Shown here: piece after piece, positions 9,140-21,208 of the stretch
Numbering within the stretch: position 1 is the stretch's first letter
Layout of the letters: the number at the start of each line of letters is the position of its first letter
NCBI RefSeq assembly: GCF_046119375.1
Contig: NW_027363019.1
Location: forward strand, 310,001 to 374,000
Length of the DNA stretch: 64,000 nt
Source of the DNA: Phyllobates terribilis
Taxonomy: Eukaryota
Direction: 5' to 3'
Translations under genes and position numbers: made by a program
The notes under the pieces: generated by a model
What the model saw: only the letters and a program-made list of their open reading frames with translations
What the model was told of the DNA's origin: nothing
Database searches by the model: none

Positions 9140-12100
9140 AAAAAGATCACCAGGCCCATCGAACTGGCGCGACAAATATGTGGGAGGACGTCCAGTCTTG
9201 CCTGTGGTACTGGATGGCATCCCTATGAGTGCCCTACTGGACACCGGGTCACAGGTCACCACCATCCCGTACGTGCTCTTCAAGCAGTACTGGAATGACT
9301 CGGATATCACCCGCTATCCAGACGACGACTTGAGTATCATCGCCAGTAATGGTCAGCCCGTGCCACAGATCGGATTTAAAGAAATGACCATTAAAATCAG
9401 TAGAGTCGAACTGGCAGCACAGGGACTGATCATTGTAGACATTGACAAACACGAGAGTCACCCAAAGATAACTCTAGGAACTAATGTGATTGAAAATTGT
9501 CTTGCAGAGGTGATTTTCATTTTACAGCAGGTTGCCAAGAACGCCAGCTCCGGCCAGCAGTGAGTGCTCCAGAAAGAGATCCGGGCACTGATGCGACGGC
9601 AACAGGTGGAACTCTCCGGTGGTGAGATTGGTAGCGTAAGAATGTGTGACCCTTTCCCTATTGCCATGCCCCCGAAAAGTGAAATGATGATTTGGTGCCG
9701 GGCAGCTATTGGTCTGAGAGGTAGAGATTACCAGGCCATGGTAGAACCAGTCTACTCAGACAGTAGGCCCACCATTTTGACAGCACGGGGGGGTAGTTGA
9801 TGTACGCCACGGGAGGGTGCCCGTTCGTATAATAAATATCGGGAAAAGGGAAGTATACCTGCCCCGGTATGCTACGCTAGCCAAATTATATACTATCAAC
9901 CAAAATTCTATACAGTCTGTGGAACCCTTGCCTCCATCTCACCCGGAGGAAGGTAACGGCTCTACGAAAATAATGGAGGATTGGTGTCAGCAACTACATT
10001 TGGGTACTGACTCCACTCCCTCCCACCAGAAATAGGGAGTCTACCGGGTGGTTCGAGAGTACGAGAGAGTGTTTAGTAAACACCCGTTAGACTTCGGGCG
10101 AGTCAAGGGGGTAGAACACCACATCCCCACGGGAGACCATCCTCCCATAAAAGAGAGGTATCGACCCGTACCCCCTGCACACTACCAACACGCCAAGGGG
10201 ATGCTTAGAGACATGAAGGAGGCTGGGGTAATCAGGGATAGCTGTAGCCCCTGGGCAGCTCCACTAGTCTTGGTCAAAAAGAAAGACAACACCATGAGAA
10301 TGTGTGTAGATTACCGGAAAATTAACCGTATCACACACAAAGATGCGTACCCCTTACCAAGAATAGAGGAGTCTTTGGCTGCTTTAAAATCTGCTAACTT
10401 CTTCTCCACCTTGGATCTCACTAGCGGGTACTGGCAGGTTCCTGTAGCAGAGGCGGACCGGGAGAAGACCGCATTCACCACCCCGATGGGACTTAGCGAG
10501 TTTACCTGCATGCCGTTCGGACTCTGCAACGCACCAGGAACCTTCCAGCGATTGATGGAATGCTGTCTGGGACACCGAAACTTTGAGACGGTCCTGTTGT
10601 ACCTGGACGATGTCATCGTCTATTCCAAGACCTACGAGGACCACCTGAAACACCTGGCGGAAGTGTTCGAAGCTCTGGCAAGTTACGGCCTAAAGGTGAA
10701 ACCCTCCAAGTGTCACCTCCTGAAGCCAAAGGTGCAGTACCTGGGACACGTGGTGAGTGCTGACGGAGTGGCTCCCGACCCTGATAAGATCACCGCAATT
10801 AAGGAATGGCCAAGTCCCTCCAGCGTAAAGGAAGTGAGGCAGTTCCTCGGGTTGGTAGGCTACTACCGAAGGTTCATTCCCGGTTTCACCAAAAAGGCAG
10901 CTCCTATGCAGGACCTCCTGATAGGTCAGTCCAGGAAGGCCAAGAACCAGAAGCCACCCTTCAGATGGGAGAAGCGGGAAGAAGAGTCCTTCCGCCAGCT
11001 GAAGATGGCCCTCACGGGGGATGAAATCCTGGCGTACCCTGATTATAGCCAGCCCTTTATCCTCTACACCGACGCCAGTAACATCGGGCTAGGAGCCGTA
11101 CTGTCCCAGATCCAGCAGGGGAAGGAACGGGTAATTGCTTACGCCAGCCGAAAACTGCGACCCACCGAAAGAAACCCTGAGAATTACAACTCATTTAAGC
11201 TAGAGTTCCTGGCAGTGGTGTGGGCAGTCACCGAACGCTTTAAGCACTACCTCGCTGCTTCCTGGTTCACCGTGTACACGGATAACAACCCGTTGACACA
11301 CCTGGACACTGCAAGACTCGGTGCTCTAGAGCAGAGATGGATGGCCCGCTTGTCCAACTATGAGTTTACAATCAAATACCGGGCAGGACGCTCCAATACC
11401 AACGCGGACGCCCTGTCCAGGATGCCGAACCTACCGGACGTAGGGGAAGATTCAGAGGAACTGGAAGAAGTTGAACTCCCCGCGTTCCACCGTCATGGGA
11501 CTATCCAGTATTCCCACCGTGTAAGGAGTAAGCAATCCGCTACGTTCAACCCATTACCTCATTACAACTGGGCGGAGACGCAAGACAGTGACCCTGCCGT
11601 CCGACTGGTAAAGGAGATGCTGACTCGGCCAGATGCACACCTTGACCCAGACGCTCCGGAGGAAGCCAAGCAACTGTGGGCTGAGAAGAGTCAACTGTTC
11701 CTTTACAAGGGGAAGTTGTGCTGCAGAATGGTTAACTCCCGGACGCATGAACTAATCTGGCAAATAGTGGTGCCAAGAAGAGACGCAGCTATGGTGATGG
11801 AGGCATACCACGACGGAGCTGGGCACTTCGGATGGAAGAAGCTGGAGTTCCTGCTGCGCGGGCGGTTCCATTGGGTAGGCATGAGAGGAACCATCGAGAG
11901 GTGGTGCAGAGACTGTGGCCCATGCAACCTAAGAAGGAGGGACCGTGCCAGCCAGAAGACTCCCCTGCAGTCCATCATCACCAGACAGCCGTTGGAACTG
12001 GTAGCCTTGGATCATGTAAAACTGACCCCAAGCAGAAGTGGCTACGTCTACGCGTTAACCATCGTGGATCACTACTCCCGGTTCTTGGTTGTCGTCCCCG

Positions 12101-13236
12101 TCAAGGACTTAACGGCTCAAACAGCAGCTAGAGCCTTCCAGCAGCACTTCTGCCGTCCGCACGGATACCCGGAGCAGGTGCTGACGGACCAGAGGCCTGC
12201 CTTTGAAGCGGAAGTCTTCCAGGAGTTCTGCACCCTGTATGGCTGCCGGAAGATAACAACAACACCCTATCACCCGCAAACTAATGGACTTTGTGAGAAA
12301 ATGAACCAGGTGGTGATAGATCTTCTGAAAACGTTGCCCCTGGAAGAACGTAGTCTGTGGCCTGAAAAGCTGCCCGACCTGGTGGACCTATACAACCACA
12401 TCCCTGTAGGTTCCACCAACTGTACCCCGGCTTACCTAATGAGGGCAAGACCTGGTAAGCTTCCTGTTGATCTGGAGATGGGAGTCCTGACACCCGAGGA
12501 CACTTCACCAGAAGCAGACTGGGACACAGAGAGGCAGCAGCAGTACCGGAAAGTACAGGAGAGCGTGGAGCGAAGTCTCTGTCAAGCTAGGGAAAGACAA
12601 GAGAAAACTTACAACCAGTATGCTCCCGCTGTTCCCCTGGTGCCCGGAGAGCAGATCTTGAAGAGGAAAAGACGGCTCCACAAGTTGGACGACCAGTGGG
12701 AGAAGGACCCGTACACCGTACTGCCCTCAAGCCACGACAACCCAAAGATCTGTACAATCAGTAAAGACGGAGGGGAAACCACAGCCATTGTATCCCGGGA
12801 TCACCTGAAGAAGTGTCCCGAACAGCTACGGAACCCTGAAGAGGAACAAGAAGACCCTCGACCCGTAGAGGAAAGGGAAGATATGATTAGTACTGTGCTC
12901 GGAGACTTCCCTCGGTCTTGGACTCAAGTCAATGGTGCTGTTGTGGTACCCGTCCTCACGTTCCTCCAACCAGCATCCCAAGTGCCTACGGAGACACAGG
13001 TAGAGCTGGAAGAACAGCCGGTCCAGGAGGCAGAAGACCCCACACAAGCAGACCAGGAGAATCAACCCTCTGCTTATAGTGAGCCTGCCATACCCCTAGT
13101 GAGCCAAAGAGTCCGTAGACGGCTGCCCAGTTTACCCTTGACAGCTCCTATACCCTGTAGCTCAGGACCAGTCAGCCAGCTCCGTAGGTCCACTAGGGTC
13201 ACTAGAGGCCAGTTGCCCATACGGTGGAGGATCTAA
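9105..13236 (+). pseudogene. pol: Gypsy pol (PR-RT-RNaseH-IN) with three lesions upstream of RT
   Basis: LLDTGS protease; YLDD RT; YTDAS RNase H; HHCC and DDE integrase. TGA at 9561-9563, +1 G frameshift at 9787-9793 and TAG at 10033-10035 relative to G3. RT to IN is open from 10036 to 13236. Confidence 0.93.
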
Positions 13237-13597
13237 ATGTTCAAGCTATTTTATTAATGTTTACCTGTTTATTGTTGCTTGTGTATAATTATGTGTTTCT
13301 AGTTATTTGTAGGAGTCTTTGGTGGATTTACCGGGAATCCTTTGTGCATATAGTTGGAGCGTAACCCAGGATGGACTAAAAGACTGATAAGGACTCGGGG
13401 CAGGACAGACCCCTACCTGGTTACGTCTCCCTGTTTTGGTGAAATGGACACCTTTGTTTTCCTCAAAAGTTACACCCGGTTGCGGACACGTCGTGACCAC
13501 CTTATGTGTTGTCTCTATCAGAATGTTATTGTTTATACCTTGTTATGTTTACAAAAGTATGTTTAGTCCCGGAGTACTAAATTTCACTAGGGGGGAA

Positions 13598-14592
13598 TGT
13601 GGCACCCCAGGGGTCTGGTTTCCACAGTAATAGCAATATTATGTCTGAGAGCAGGTGGGAGGTCTCTTGGTCAGGAATCCTATGCATGCCACACCTCCTG
13701 CCCAGTCCTGGGAGGGGAAGAACTTCCCCTATATAAAACTGGGGCTGAGGCAGGGTTGTGGAGAAAGAGTTGAGTTAAGAAGAGGAGAAGCAGCTATAGG
13801 AAGAGAGATCAGGAGCTCTGGGGAAGTCGTGCTAAAAGGAATCAGGGGCTGGCAGCTGTAGAGCTCGCCCTGATTGAAGAGTTACCACCGGACCCAGAGT
13901 CCGAGGCTGTGGGGACTAATCCTTACCCAGCAGCAGAAACCGACCGGCAGGGGATTTCAGGTCCTCTGGCCAAGAAACCCGAAGGCACGGTCACACGCGT
14001 GGGACCAGCACCGCCGTCATGGAGCGGAAGCCACTAGAAGGCCCCGAGTCACCGGCCATACGGGTGAGCACCACACGGTACACTCAGGGACGTGGGCTAC
14101 TTTTACCCGCCTCTAGCAAGGTAGCCAGAAGAGTACAATTAGTTGGGGAGGCCTACAACTCCGCCTGGCCAGGGGAAATCCCATCTGCTCAAAGACTGAC
14201 CAGGCCCCGATCGCTAGCCAGTACTCCGGGAGGGTCTATCTTTATCACCAGTAAAGACCCTGAACTACACCGCATCGTCTCTGAGTGGTTCCTGCTACCC
14301 CCATCATCCACGTCGGCTGCCCTGAGGCCATACCCCTCCCGTTGGGGGTTATACCATCCACGCTGCACAATCCTTCCACCGGCCTCAGCGGTCTGCCCTG
14401 CAGCGGCAGCTCCATAGCTGCATTCAACGGGTGGCGTAGTCGTCCAACATCTACTGCTAATACTCAGCCACACAGTTTGACTCCCTGGGCACGGACCGGG
14501 TCACCGCCACGAGACTACTACCCCCAACAGGCCCGGCTCCGGGTAGTCCCCGCGTGCGCAACGCTACACCAAGTAGGCCCAGGGGCGCGTCA
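13598..14592 (+). repeat. G1 3' LTR
   Basis: Offset 6879 from the 5' LTR, ~99.6% identical by eye; preceded by PPT CTAGGGGGGAA. Confidence 0.95.
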
Positions 14593-15036
14593 ACATCAGC
14601 CGAGGTCACGTGATGTGGACTGAGCAAGAAGGGATAGCGCCACCCACAGGCACATCTGGCTACATAAGGTATTTCCAAAAATAGTTAGTTAAAAGGTGTA
14701 AATGGATGGGGGCATTTTACAATGTAGCGGACCACCTCTTTACACTTGTTCATTGGGTGATTGGCAGCAGTTTACACTGCACAGTTATTGGGAAGCATAA
14801 GAGTATGTGATGAATGATTAGTGCCGGTCGTCATGGTGACTGTCTGTGACAATAAACCATAGGGAGCAGTGAGCATGGTGAATGGCATAGAATGGATGAT
14901 AGCTGACAATGATGTTACTATGGTAATAAACTGGGGTGGATGGTATGGATGATTACTGCAATCATTACACTGCTTATAATCTGGAGGGGAGATGATGAAG
15001 GATTCCTGCAATATTTACTGTAATGACGTATGTGCT

Positions 15037-15361
15037 TTATTCACAGCGGCCTGCTGATATATATTTATGTACCGTATATAGTCTGTTAATTGCTAGATGA
15101 ATGCAGAGGAGAGGGAGAGCGCGCGGTGGATGCTGGGCTGTGCCAGGAGGTGGCGCCACTGGGTCACGTCGGCATGAATCTGGAATGTGACATGACCTCA
15201 GCGGGGTCAGAGCCGGCTGTAGCCGGGGGTCAGAGATGCCCAATGAGCAGTCAGCGATAGCGCCCCCCACAGACCCTTATAACAACCAAAGGGAATCACA
15301 AAAAAACTTTTTTCCAAATTGAAATGGATGGGGGCATTATTGATTGCAGAGGACGACCTCT
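15037..15361. mobile_element. Right-end fragment of a related Kolobok/T2-type MITE
   Basis: ATGGATGGGGGCATTATTGATTGCAGAGGACGACCTCT|TTAA (ends 15361) resembles the terminus at 14739. No left end found. Confidence 0.55.
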
Positions 15362-15894
15362 TTAATAAACCGTCCTGATATTTAGTAACAATTCTTTATA
15401 AAGGGACAGTGAACACTTCTGACTAATTGTAACTTATAATTTGTGGGGTCCTGTAAATGAAGAGGTTCCGGCACACGGCCCCCGCTCAGCAGACAGCAGA
15501 CGGGTCACTCACCAGCACCTTTAGGAAGGCAGCTTTTCTAAGAAAAATAAAAGTAGCATGCCAAAAATGTATATAGAAATCCATGTAGCAGCCTTATGGC
15601 AGCTTTACATTCTAGCTGTAATTCCGGCTTATCTCGTCTTTTGGTTTTTATTTTGATTTTTCTACTTTTCTCTTTTCTACAACTACAAATCTGTCGGCTT
15701 TCTAATATTGGCTCGTGGACCTGTTGGTTCAACCACATTCACCGTCTCCTATTACTAAATCAGGATCATCACAGTCCAACGTTGTATTAAAATAATTTAA
15801 TGTCGTCAAACAATAATGAGAATTGCATGAACAGGATGTGGAGAGGAGAGTTTCAGAATCGGGTGGATTCAGTCCTCTCTTCCTAGACTTAGAC

Positions 15895-16120
15895 CCGGCG
15901 ATATAACACAAGAAGCAGAATCATTAGAGCTGCGCTCACTTACACCGCAGACAGGAAGTGCGATATAACACAATCATTAGTGCTGCGTCACTTACACGGC
16001 AGACAGGACGTGCGATATAACACAATCATTAGAGCTGCGTCACTTACACGGCAGACAGGAAGTGCGATATAACACAATCATTAGAGCTGCGTCACTTACA
16101 CCGCAGACAGGACGTGCGAG
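15895..16120. repeat. Tandem repeat, 52-bp unit, ~4 copies
   Basis: Unit GCGATATAACACAATCATTAGAGCTGCGTCACTTACACGGCAGACAGGA(A/C)GT. Confidence 0.9.
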
Positions 16121-17768
16121 ATTCCAATAAACATTTAAAGCTGCTTAGATTAAAAAGGTTATTCCAAAAATCGTCATTTATTCCCTATGGGACTGTAGGG
16201 AATAGTCGGGGCTGTAATCTGACAGTCTTATAGACAATGAATAAAGTTGTGGTCTAGCATGTACACCTCCACTCCATTCACTACAGGGCTATGCAGAGCC
16301 TGGTTCCTGGGATCTAGGGACCCATTGTCTGGATTGCTAAGGGGGCCAGTGGTTGGACCCCAAACGATTAGTAAGTTTTATTATTGATATGGGACAACTA
16401 GGTTTTTTGGGAAAAACCCTTTAGTTTTGTAAGAGTCAAGGCTGTGTGGCACCCCAGAGGGTCTGGTTGCCACAGTGGTAGTAATACCATGTCTGGGAGC
16501 AAAACAGGGGGTTCCTGGTCAGGAACACAGTACCAGCAACACCTCCTGCCCCAGACCAGAAAGGGGAGGATCCTGCCCTTTATAACTGGGTCTGGAGGCG
16601 GGGTTAGAGCAGTCTAGTCTAGGCAGTCTAGTCTAGTGTGAGGAGTCGAGTGGGACACGCAGGAGCAAGAAGCCAGGGACTGGAGCTGGAGATAGCTCGT
16701 CCTGGACGGTTTACACAGAGGACTGGACACAGAAGTCTGAGGCTGTGGGGATTGCATACCCAGCAGCAGATACCGCAGGTCTCCTGGCCCCATCAGAAGC
16801 CCGGAGGCTCAGCCACACGAAAGGACCAATACCGCCACAGAGACGCGAGGAATACACAAGGCCCGAGTCGCCAGCCATACGGGTGAGCAGAGCACGTTAC
16901 ACTCAGGGACGTGGGCCACAACACGACTATAAGAGGGATAGACAAAGAGTACAGTCAGAACGGCAGGCCTACAACTCCACCTGGCCAGGAGGACTCTAGG
17001 ATTGCTCCCAGACTGATCAGGCCTTTATCACTAGCCGGTACTCCCGTTGGGGCCCATATAATTGCCAATAGTAAAGACCCTGGGACTGCACTGCAAAGAC
17101 TCCGTGTTGTCATTACTGATACCTTGTACTACTACCATCATCATCCACACACACTGCCCTGAAGCAACACTCTTCCTGTGGGGAGTTATACTACCCTGCT
17201 GCCAAACCATCAGCTTCAGAGGACTGTTCCGCACCGGCGGTCTCTATTGACTGCATTCCACAGGTGGCGTAGTCGGACATTATAAATAACCTATACATAA
17301 ATACGCCTTGGATTGACCACCTGGGTCATGGACCGGGTCACTGCCACGGTGACTACAACCCCCAGCATCTACAGGCCTGGCTCCAGGTACCCCACAGCCC
17401 AGGGGCGCGTCAACTTTGGTGTAGTCGGCAGGATTACGTGCCCACTACCACCCGGTACTGCGCGCCTTCAAGAACTGTGTTGCATACTGTGGTGAAGTTT
17501 TCCCGCCATTGCCGCTGTTTTCCCGCCATAGTCCGCCATTTTTGGGTCGCCGCTCGGGAAGAAGAGGGGCGGAACCGCTGGAAGCGCGCGAAGTCCAAAG
17601 CCCCGCCCCACGCACTGACGCAACGCCAGGTCCTGGAAGGAGCCCAGCGAGCGCTGACGTCAGACGCGTGCGCCGCCAGGTCCTCGACGGAGATCATCAC
17701 CTGCAGAACTGCGGCCTACGGAAGAAAAGAGAAGGAAGGTAGGCCACGGTTCACTAGGGGGGAGGAAG

Positions 17769-18743
17769 ACGCCCGATATAGAGGGAACTTCAACCACCGG
17801 CACGGCCGCTGCCACAGTAATGCCATTCACCATGCCTGACATACCGGGGGCAGCGTGGTTGCCCCAGTACTTAGGAGAGTCGCACACCCTGAGTGACTTC
17901 AAGGAGAGACTAAGCAGTTTATTTAAAGTATACCCCCTGTCCGAGGAGCAGAAAGTGAGCATCCTCACAGGCCAGTTGATTGGTGCAGCCCAGAGAGAAG
18001 TAAAATCCTGGTCAGCCAGGGAAAAAGGGACTGTGAAAGAGATACTGGCCCGTCTAAAGGACACTTTTGACACCCGTACTGCAGCAGAGATAAAGATGAA
18101 GTTTTATGGGTGCAAACAACGGGCACAGGACAGTGTACGGGACTATGCTTTAAACCTGCAGGAGGCGCTGAGGGCCATCAAACAGATAGACCCTGACAGT
18201 GTGCGTGATGAAAACAGACTATTAACTGAGCAATTTATTGAGGGCTTACTGTCCAGCGCCCACCGACCCCAGCTGCGCATAATGGCTCTGCAAAACCCTG
18301 ACTTGGACTTTGCTCAATTTAAGGACAGGGCCATCCGGGTGCTACGAGAACCAGCACCAGGTGGCGCTACAGCTCACCGGCGCCCAGCTATCACCTACCA
18401 CCAGGAGGTGGCACCCTTTTCCCTGGAGCCTGTAGGAGACAATGCCCCGTCTACAGACCTGCACCATCAGGTCCAAGAGCTGACTAAAAGTGTAGCTGCA
18501 CTAACCAAAACTGTGCAGTCCTTGCAGGTGCATCATAAAGGAAAGATCCAGTTGGCTTCCAGTCCGGAGGACGTCCCGTGGCGCCGACAGAAGAGGATTC
18601 CACCATCCAGAGGGAGGAACAGCGACCGCTATGACCAGGACGGACAACCCATCTGCCGCCGCTGCAACCAGCCAGAACATTATGCAAGGTACTGTCATTT
18701 AAACAAGCAAAACCTGGGGCAGAGGGCCAACTCCCAGGAGTAA
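17769..18743 (+). pseudogene. gag: Gypsy gag with the start codon mutated ATG>ACG; open from a downstream ATG at 17820
   Basis: GGAAGACG at the position of GGAAGATG in G3; in frame with the 307-aa ORF; knuckle degenerate (CRRCNQPEHYARYC). Confidence 0.75.
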
Positions 18744-19350
18744 GACCACCAGGCCCATCAAGCTGGCGAGACAAATATGTGTGAGGACGACCAGTCCTAC
18801 CTGTCGTGCTGGACGGCTTTCCAATGAGCGAGTTGCTGGACACTGGATCGCAGGTGACCGCCATCCCCTACATTCTTTTCAAACGGTACTGGACTGATTC
18901 GGACATTACCCGCTGTCCAGATGAACATTTGACTATTTATGCTAGCAATGGTCAACCCGTACCTCAGGTGGGGTACAAGGAAGTGACCATAAAGGTTGGC
19001 AAAGTCGAGCTGCCAGCACAAGGACTGATAATTGTCGACATTGATCGCCGAGAAAGTCATCCCATGATAACTTTAGGCAGTAATGTCATTGAAAATTGTC
19101 TTGCAGAAATAATTGCCTTGTTACAGCAGGTTGCGGAGACCGCCAGTTCCAGCCAGCAGCGGGTTCTACAGAGGGAGATCAGAGCCCTGATGAGAAGACA
19201 ACAGGTAGAACTGTCTGGTGGTGAGAAGAAGTGAAATGCTGATATGGTGCCGGGCAGCCATCGGTCTAAGGGGTAGAGATTACCAGGCCCTGGTAGAGCC
19301 CGTCTACTCTGACAGTAGGCCCACCATTTTGACAGCCAGGGGGGTGGTTG
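18704..19350 (+). pseudogene. pol: Gypsy protease region remnant
   Basis: LLDTGSQVT at ~18830; GGA>TGA at ~18783; ~46-nt deletion near 19225. Confidence 0.8.
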
Positions 19351-19898
19351 ATGTCGAGGGGCAGGTTGTAGACAAGGAATGTCTCAACCCGGTCAAGGAC
19401 CACGACCAAGAAGGCCCGGAGCTTAGGAGTGTAGCTCCACAGCAAATGGATCCCAGGGAGGATGCAGACGGAGCGGTGTACGCCACCTGTCCTCACCTCC
19501 TGATATTTTCAGAGGGAGTCCGGCTGCAAGAGGGGTACCGGCCCCCGACACCCGACCTTGCTACTCCACATCCTGGTCGGGAAAGCCCGGTAGGCCCTGA
19601 GGATCCCACCGGGTATCGGAGGGAGCGGAGCTGCCACCAGTGCCCTTTTTCTGAGAGGAGTTCAGAGGGAGACCCGGCCTATCTACACACACAGACAGGA
19701 AAGGATACGGTCTGTAGTTCAGGAACACTCTGGTGCGGGGTCCTGATTGAACGCTGGACTTACTCGGAGGTTGTCGGACCCCCGTTCCTGGTGGCCGCAG
19801 AACTCCGCGGGGAGCAGGGAGTCGCCTTCCTTCTGCCATCTCTTACGTGAGTAAAGCCTTGGAGTTTCACTTTTGTATTGAAGAACTGAAATAAATGA

Positions 19899-20230
19899 CC
19901 ATATTTTTCGGACTATAAGACGCACTTTTTTCCTCCAGAATTTTGGAGGAAAGTGTGGGGGGGGTGCGTCTTATAGTCCGATATACCTAAATACTGTGGC
20001 TGTGGGTGGTGGGGTATGTAGGGGAAGCGATAGCGGCGGAGTACCGGGGCACAGGAGGCAGCAGCCTACACTGTGCCCGCTACTAAATAAAATGAATATT
20101 CACTGCTCCCCACCCCAGGCGTGGGGAGCAGTGAATATTCATTTTCCTTAATAGCCGGCACACTGTGCCTGTAGTGCGACTCCTGGTATGTATGACCCCA
20201 CTCATCCTGGTATGCTTGGCACCCCCTGAT
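19899..20230. mobile_element. Truncated pogo/Tc1-type MITE (same family as 32470-33648)
   Basis: CCATATTTTTCGGACTATAAGACGCAC terminus with an inverted subterminal copy GTGCGTCTTATAGTCCGA at ~19965. Confidence 0.75.
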
Positions 20231-20339
20231 CCTCGTAGCACTTCACAAAAAAACCCATAAACAATTACACTCACCTTCTCTCTCCGCCAGCGCTGTGTCC
20301 CACTCTGTGCTGGAATAGTCACTGCTCCCCATGAGAGAA

Positions 20340-20608
20340 TATTTTGTGTGCCTGGAATTTTCTGTTTATTCCTGTCTGTGCTGCCCTGTTTGTCAGGTGG
20401 GTGTACTTTGGTGCACAGTAGCGCCCCTCTTCCCCGAGTGGGGGAGAACAAGCGGAGGGCTAACTCAGGAGTTAGAGCGTGGGTGGAGGCCTCGGCATCC
20501 TCACCTTCAGAGGTATCCAGGGGAATAGGGTGAGCTAGGGCGCCCCCTAGTGTTAGGGTCAGGATAGGAACCCCTGATCCGTGGTCACCCGACAGCTGTG
20601 TCGTGACA
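20340..20608 (+). mobile_element. 3' part of an unrelated LTR (solo-LTR fragment)
   Basis: Ends ...CTAGGGCGCCCCCTAGTGTTAGGGTCAGG...GTGTCGTGACA, an LTR-like CA end. The left end is not defined. Confidence 0.45.
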
Positions 20609-20760
20609 TGGATCTTTAACTAAGGCTCTGATCACATCGACAAAATGACACCAACCACGACCGATGGATCCTGTAACTAAGGCTCCGATCACATCTACAA
20701 GATGGCACCAATCGCGACCGATGGATCCTGTAACGAAGACTCTGATCACATCTACTAGAC
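20609..20760. repeat. Tandem repeat, 56-57-bp unit, ~2.7 copies
   Basis: TGGATC..TAAC.AAG.CTC.GATCACATC.AC at 20609, 20665 and 20722. Confidence 0.85.
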
Positions 20761-21208
20761 ATCATAAAATCACTAGTTTATAAAGGATTACACCTCGGAA
20801 GTAACATCATATGTAAAACAAAAAAATGGCTACCCAATAAAATTCTTTATGCATAAATCTCGTATAACATAATTCAAAAAATACATAAAACAAAACTATA
20901 TATAGTACAGACCAAAGGTTTGGACACACCTGCTCATTTATAGATTTTTATGTATTTTCATGGCTATGAAAATTGTACATTCACACTGAAGGCATCAAAA
21001 CTATGAATTAACACATGTGGAATTATATACTTAACAAAAAAGTGTGAAACAACTGAAAATATGTCTTATATTCTAGGTTCTTCACAGTAGCCACCTTTTG
21101 CTTTGTTGACTGCTTTGCACACTCTTAGCATTCTCTTGATGAGCTTCAAGAGGTAGTCACCGGAAATGGTCTTCCAACAATCTTGAAGGAGTTCCTAGAG
21201 ATGCTTAG

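Larger units (their letters stand above)
6719..14592 (+). mobile_element. Full-length Ty3/Gypsy LTR retrotransposon (copy G1), pol-defective
   Basis: 995-bp LTRs at 6719-7713 and 13598-14592 (TG...CA, ~4 substitutions seen). PBS at 7718, gag, pol in PR-RT-RH-IN order, PPT at 13587-13597. TSD ACAA/ACAT (one mismatch). Confidence 0.97.
6118..14739. mobile_element. Kolobok/T2-type MITE interrupted by a pLTR remnant and a full Gypsy element
   Basis: Left end TTAA|AGAGGTGGTCCGCTACATTCTATAATGCCCCCTTCCAT (6118) and right end ATGGATGGGGGCATTTTACAATGTAGCGGACCACCTCT|TTAC (14739) form a ~38-bp imperfect TIR. TTAA-type TSD with one mismatch on the right. Confidence 0.8.
16445..19350 (+). mobile_element. 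3'-truncated Ty3/Gypsy element (copy G2), a diverged relative of G1
   Basis: LTR 16445-17412 (TGTGGCACCCC...GGGGCGCGTCA), PBS, gag and protease. Homology to G1/G3 pol stops at ~19350. No 3' LTR. Confidence 0.9.

Noticed and set aside
13237-13597. env-like third ORF in G1
   Set aside because: Only 360 bp between the pol stop and the 3' LTR; no substantial ORF or TM/fusion features.
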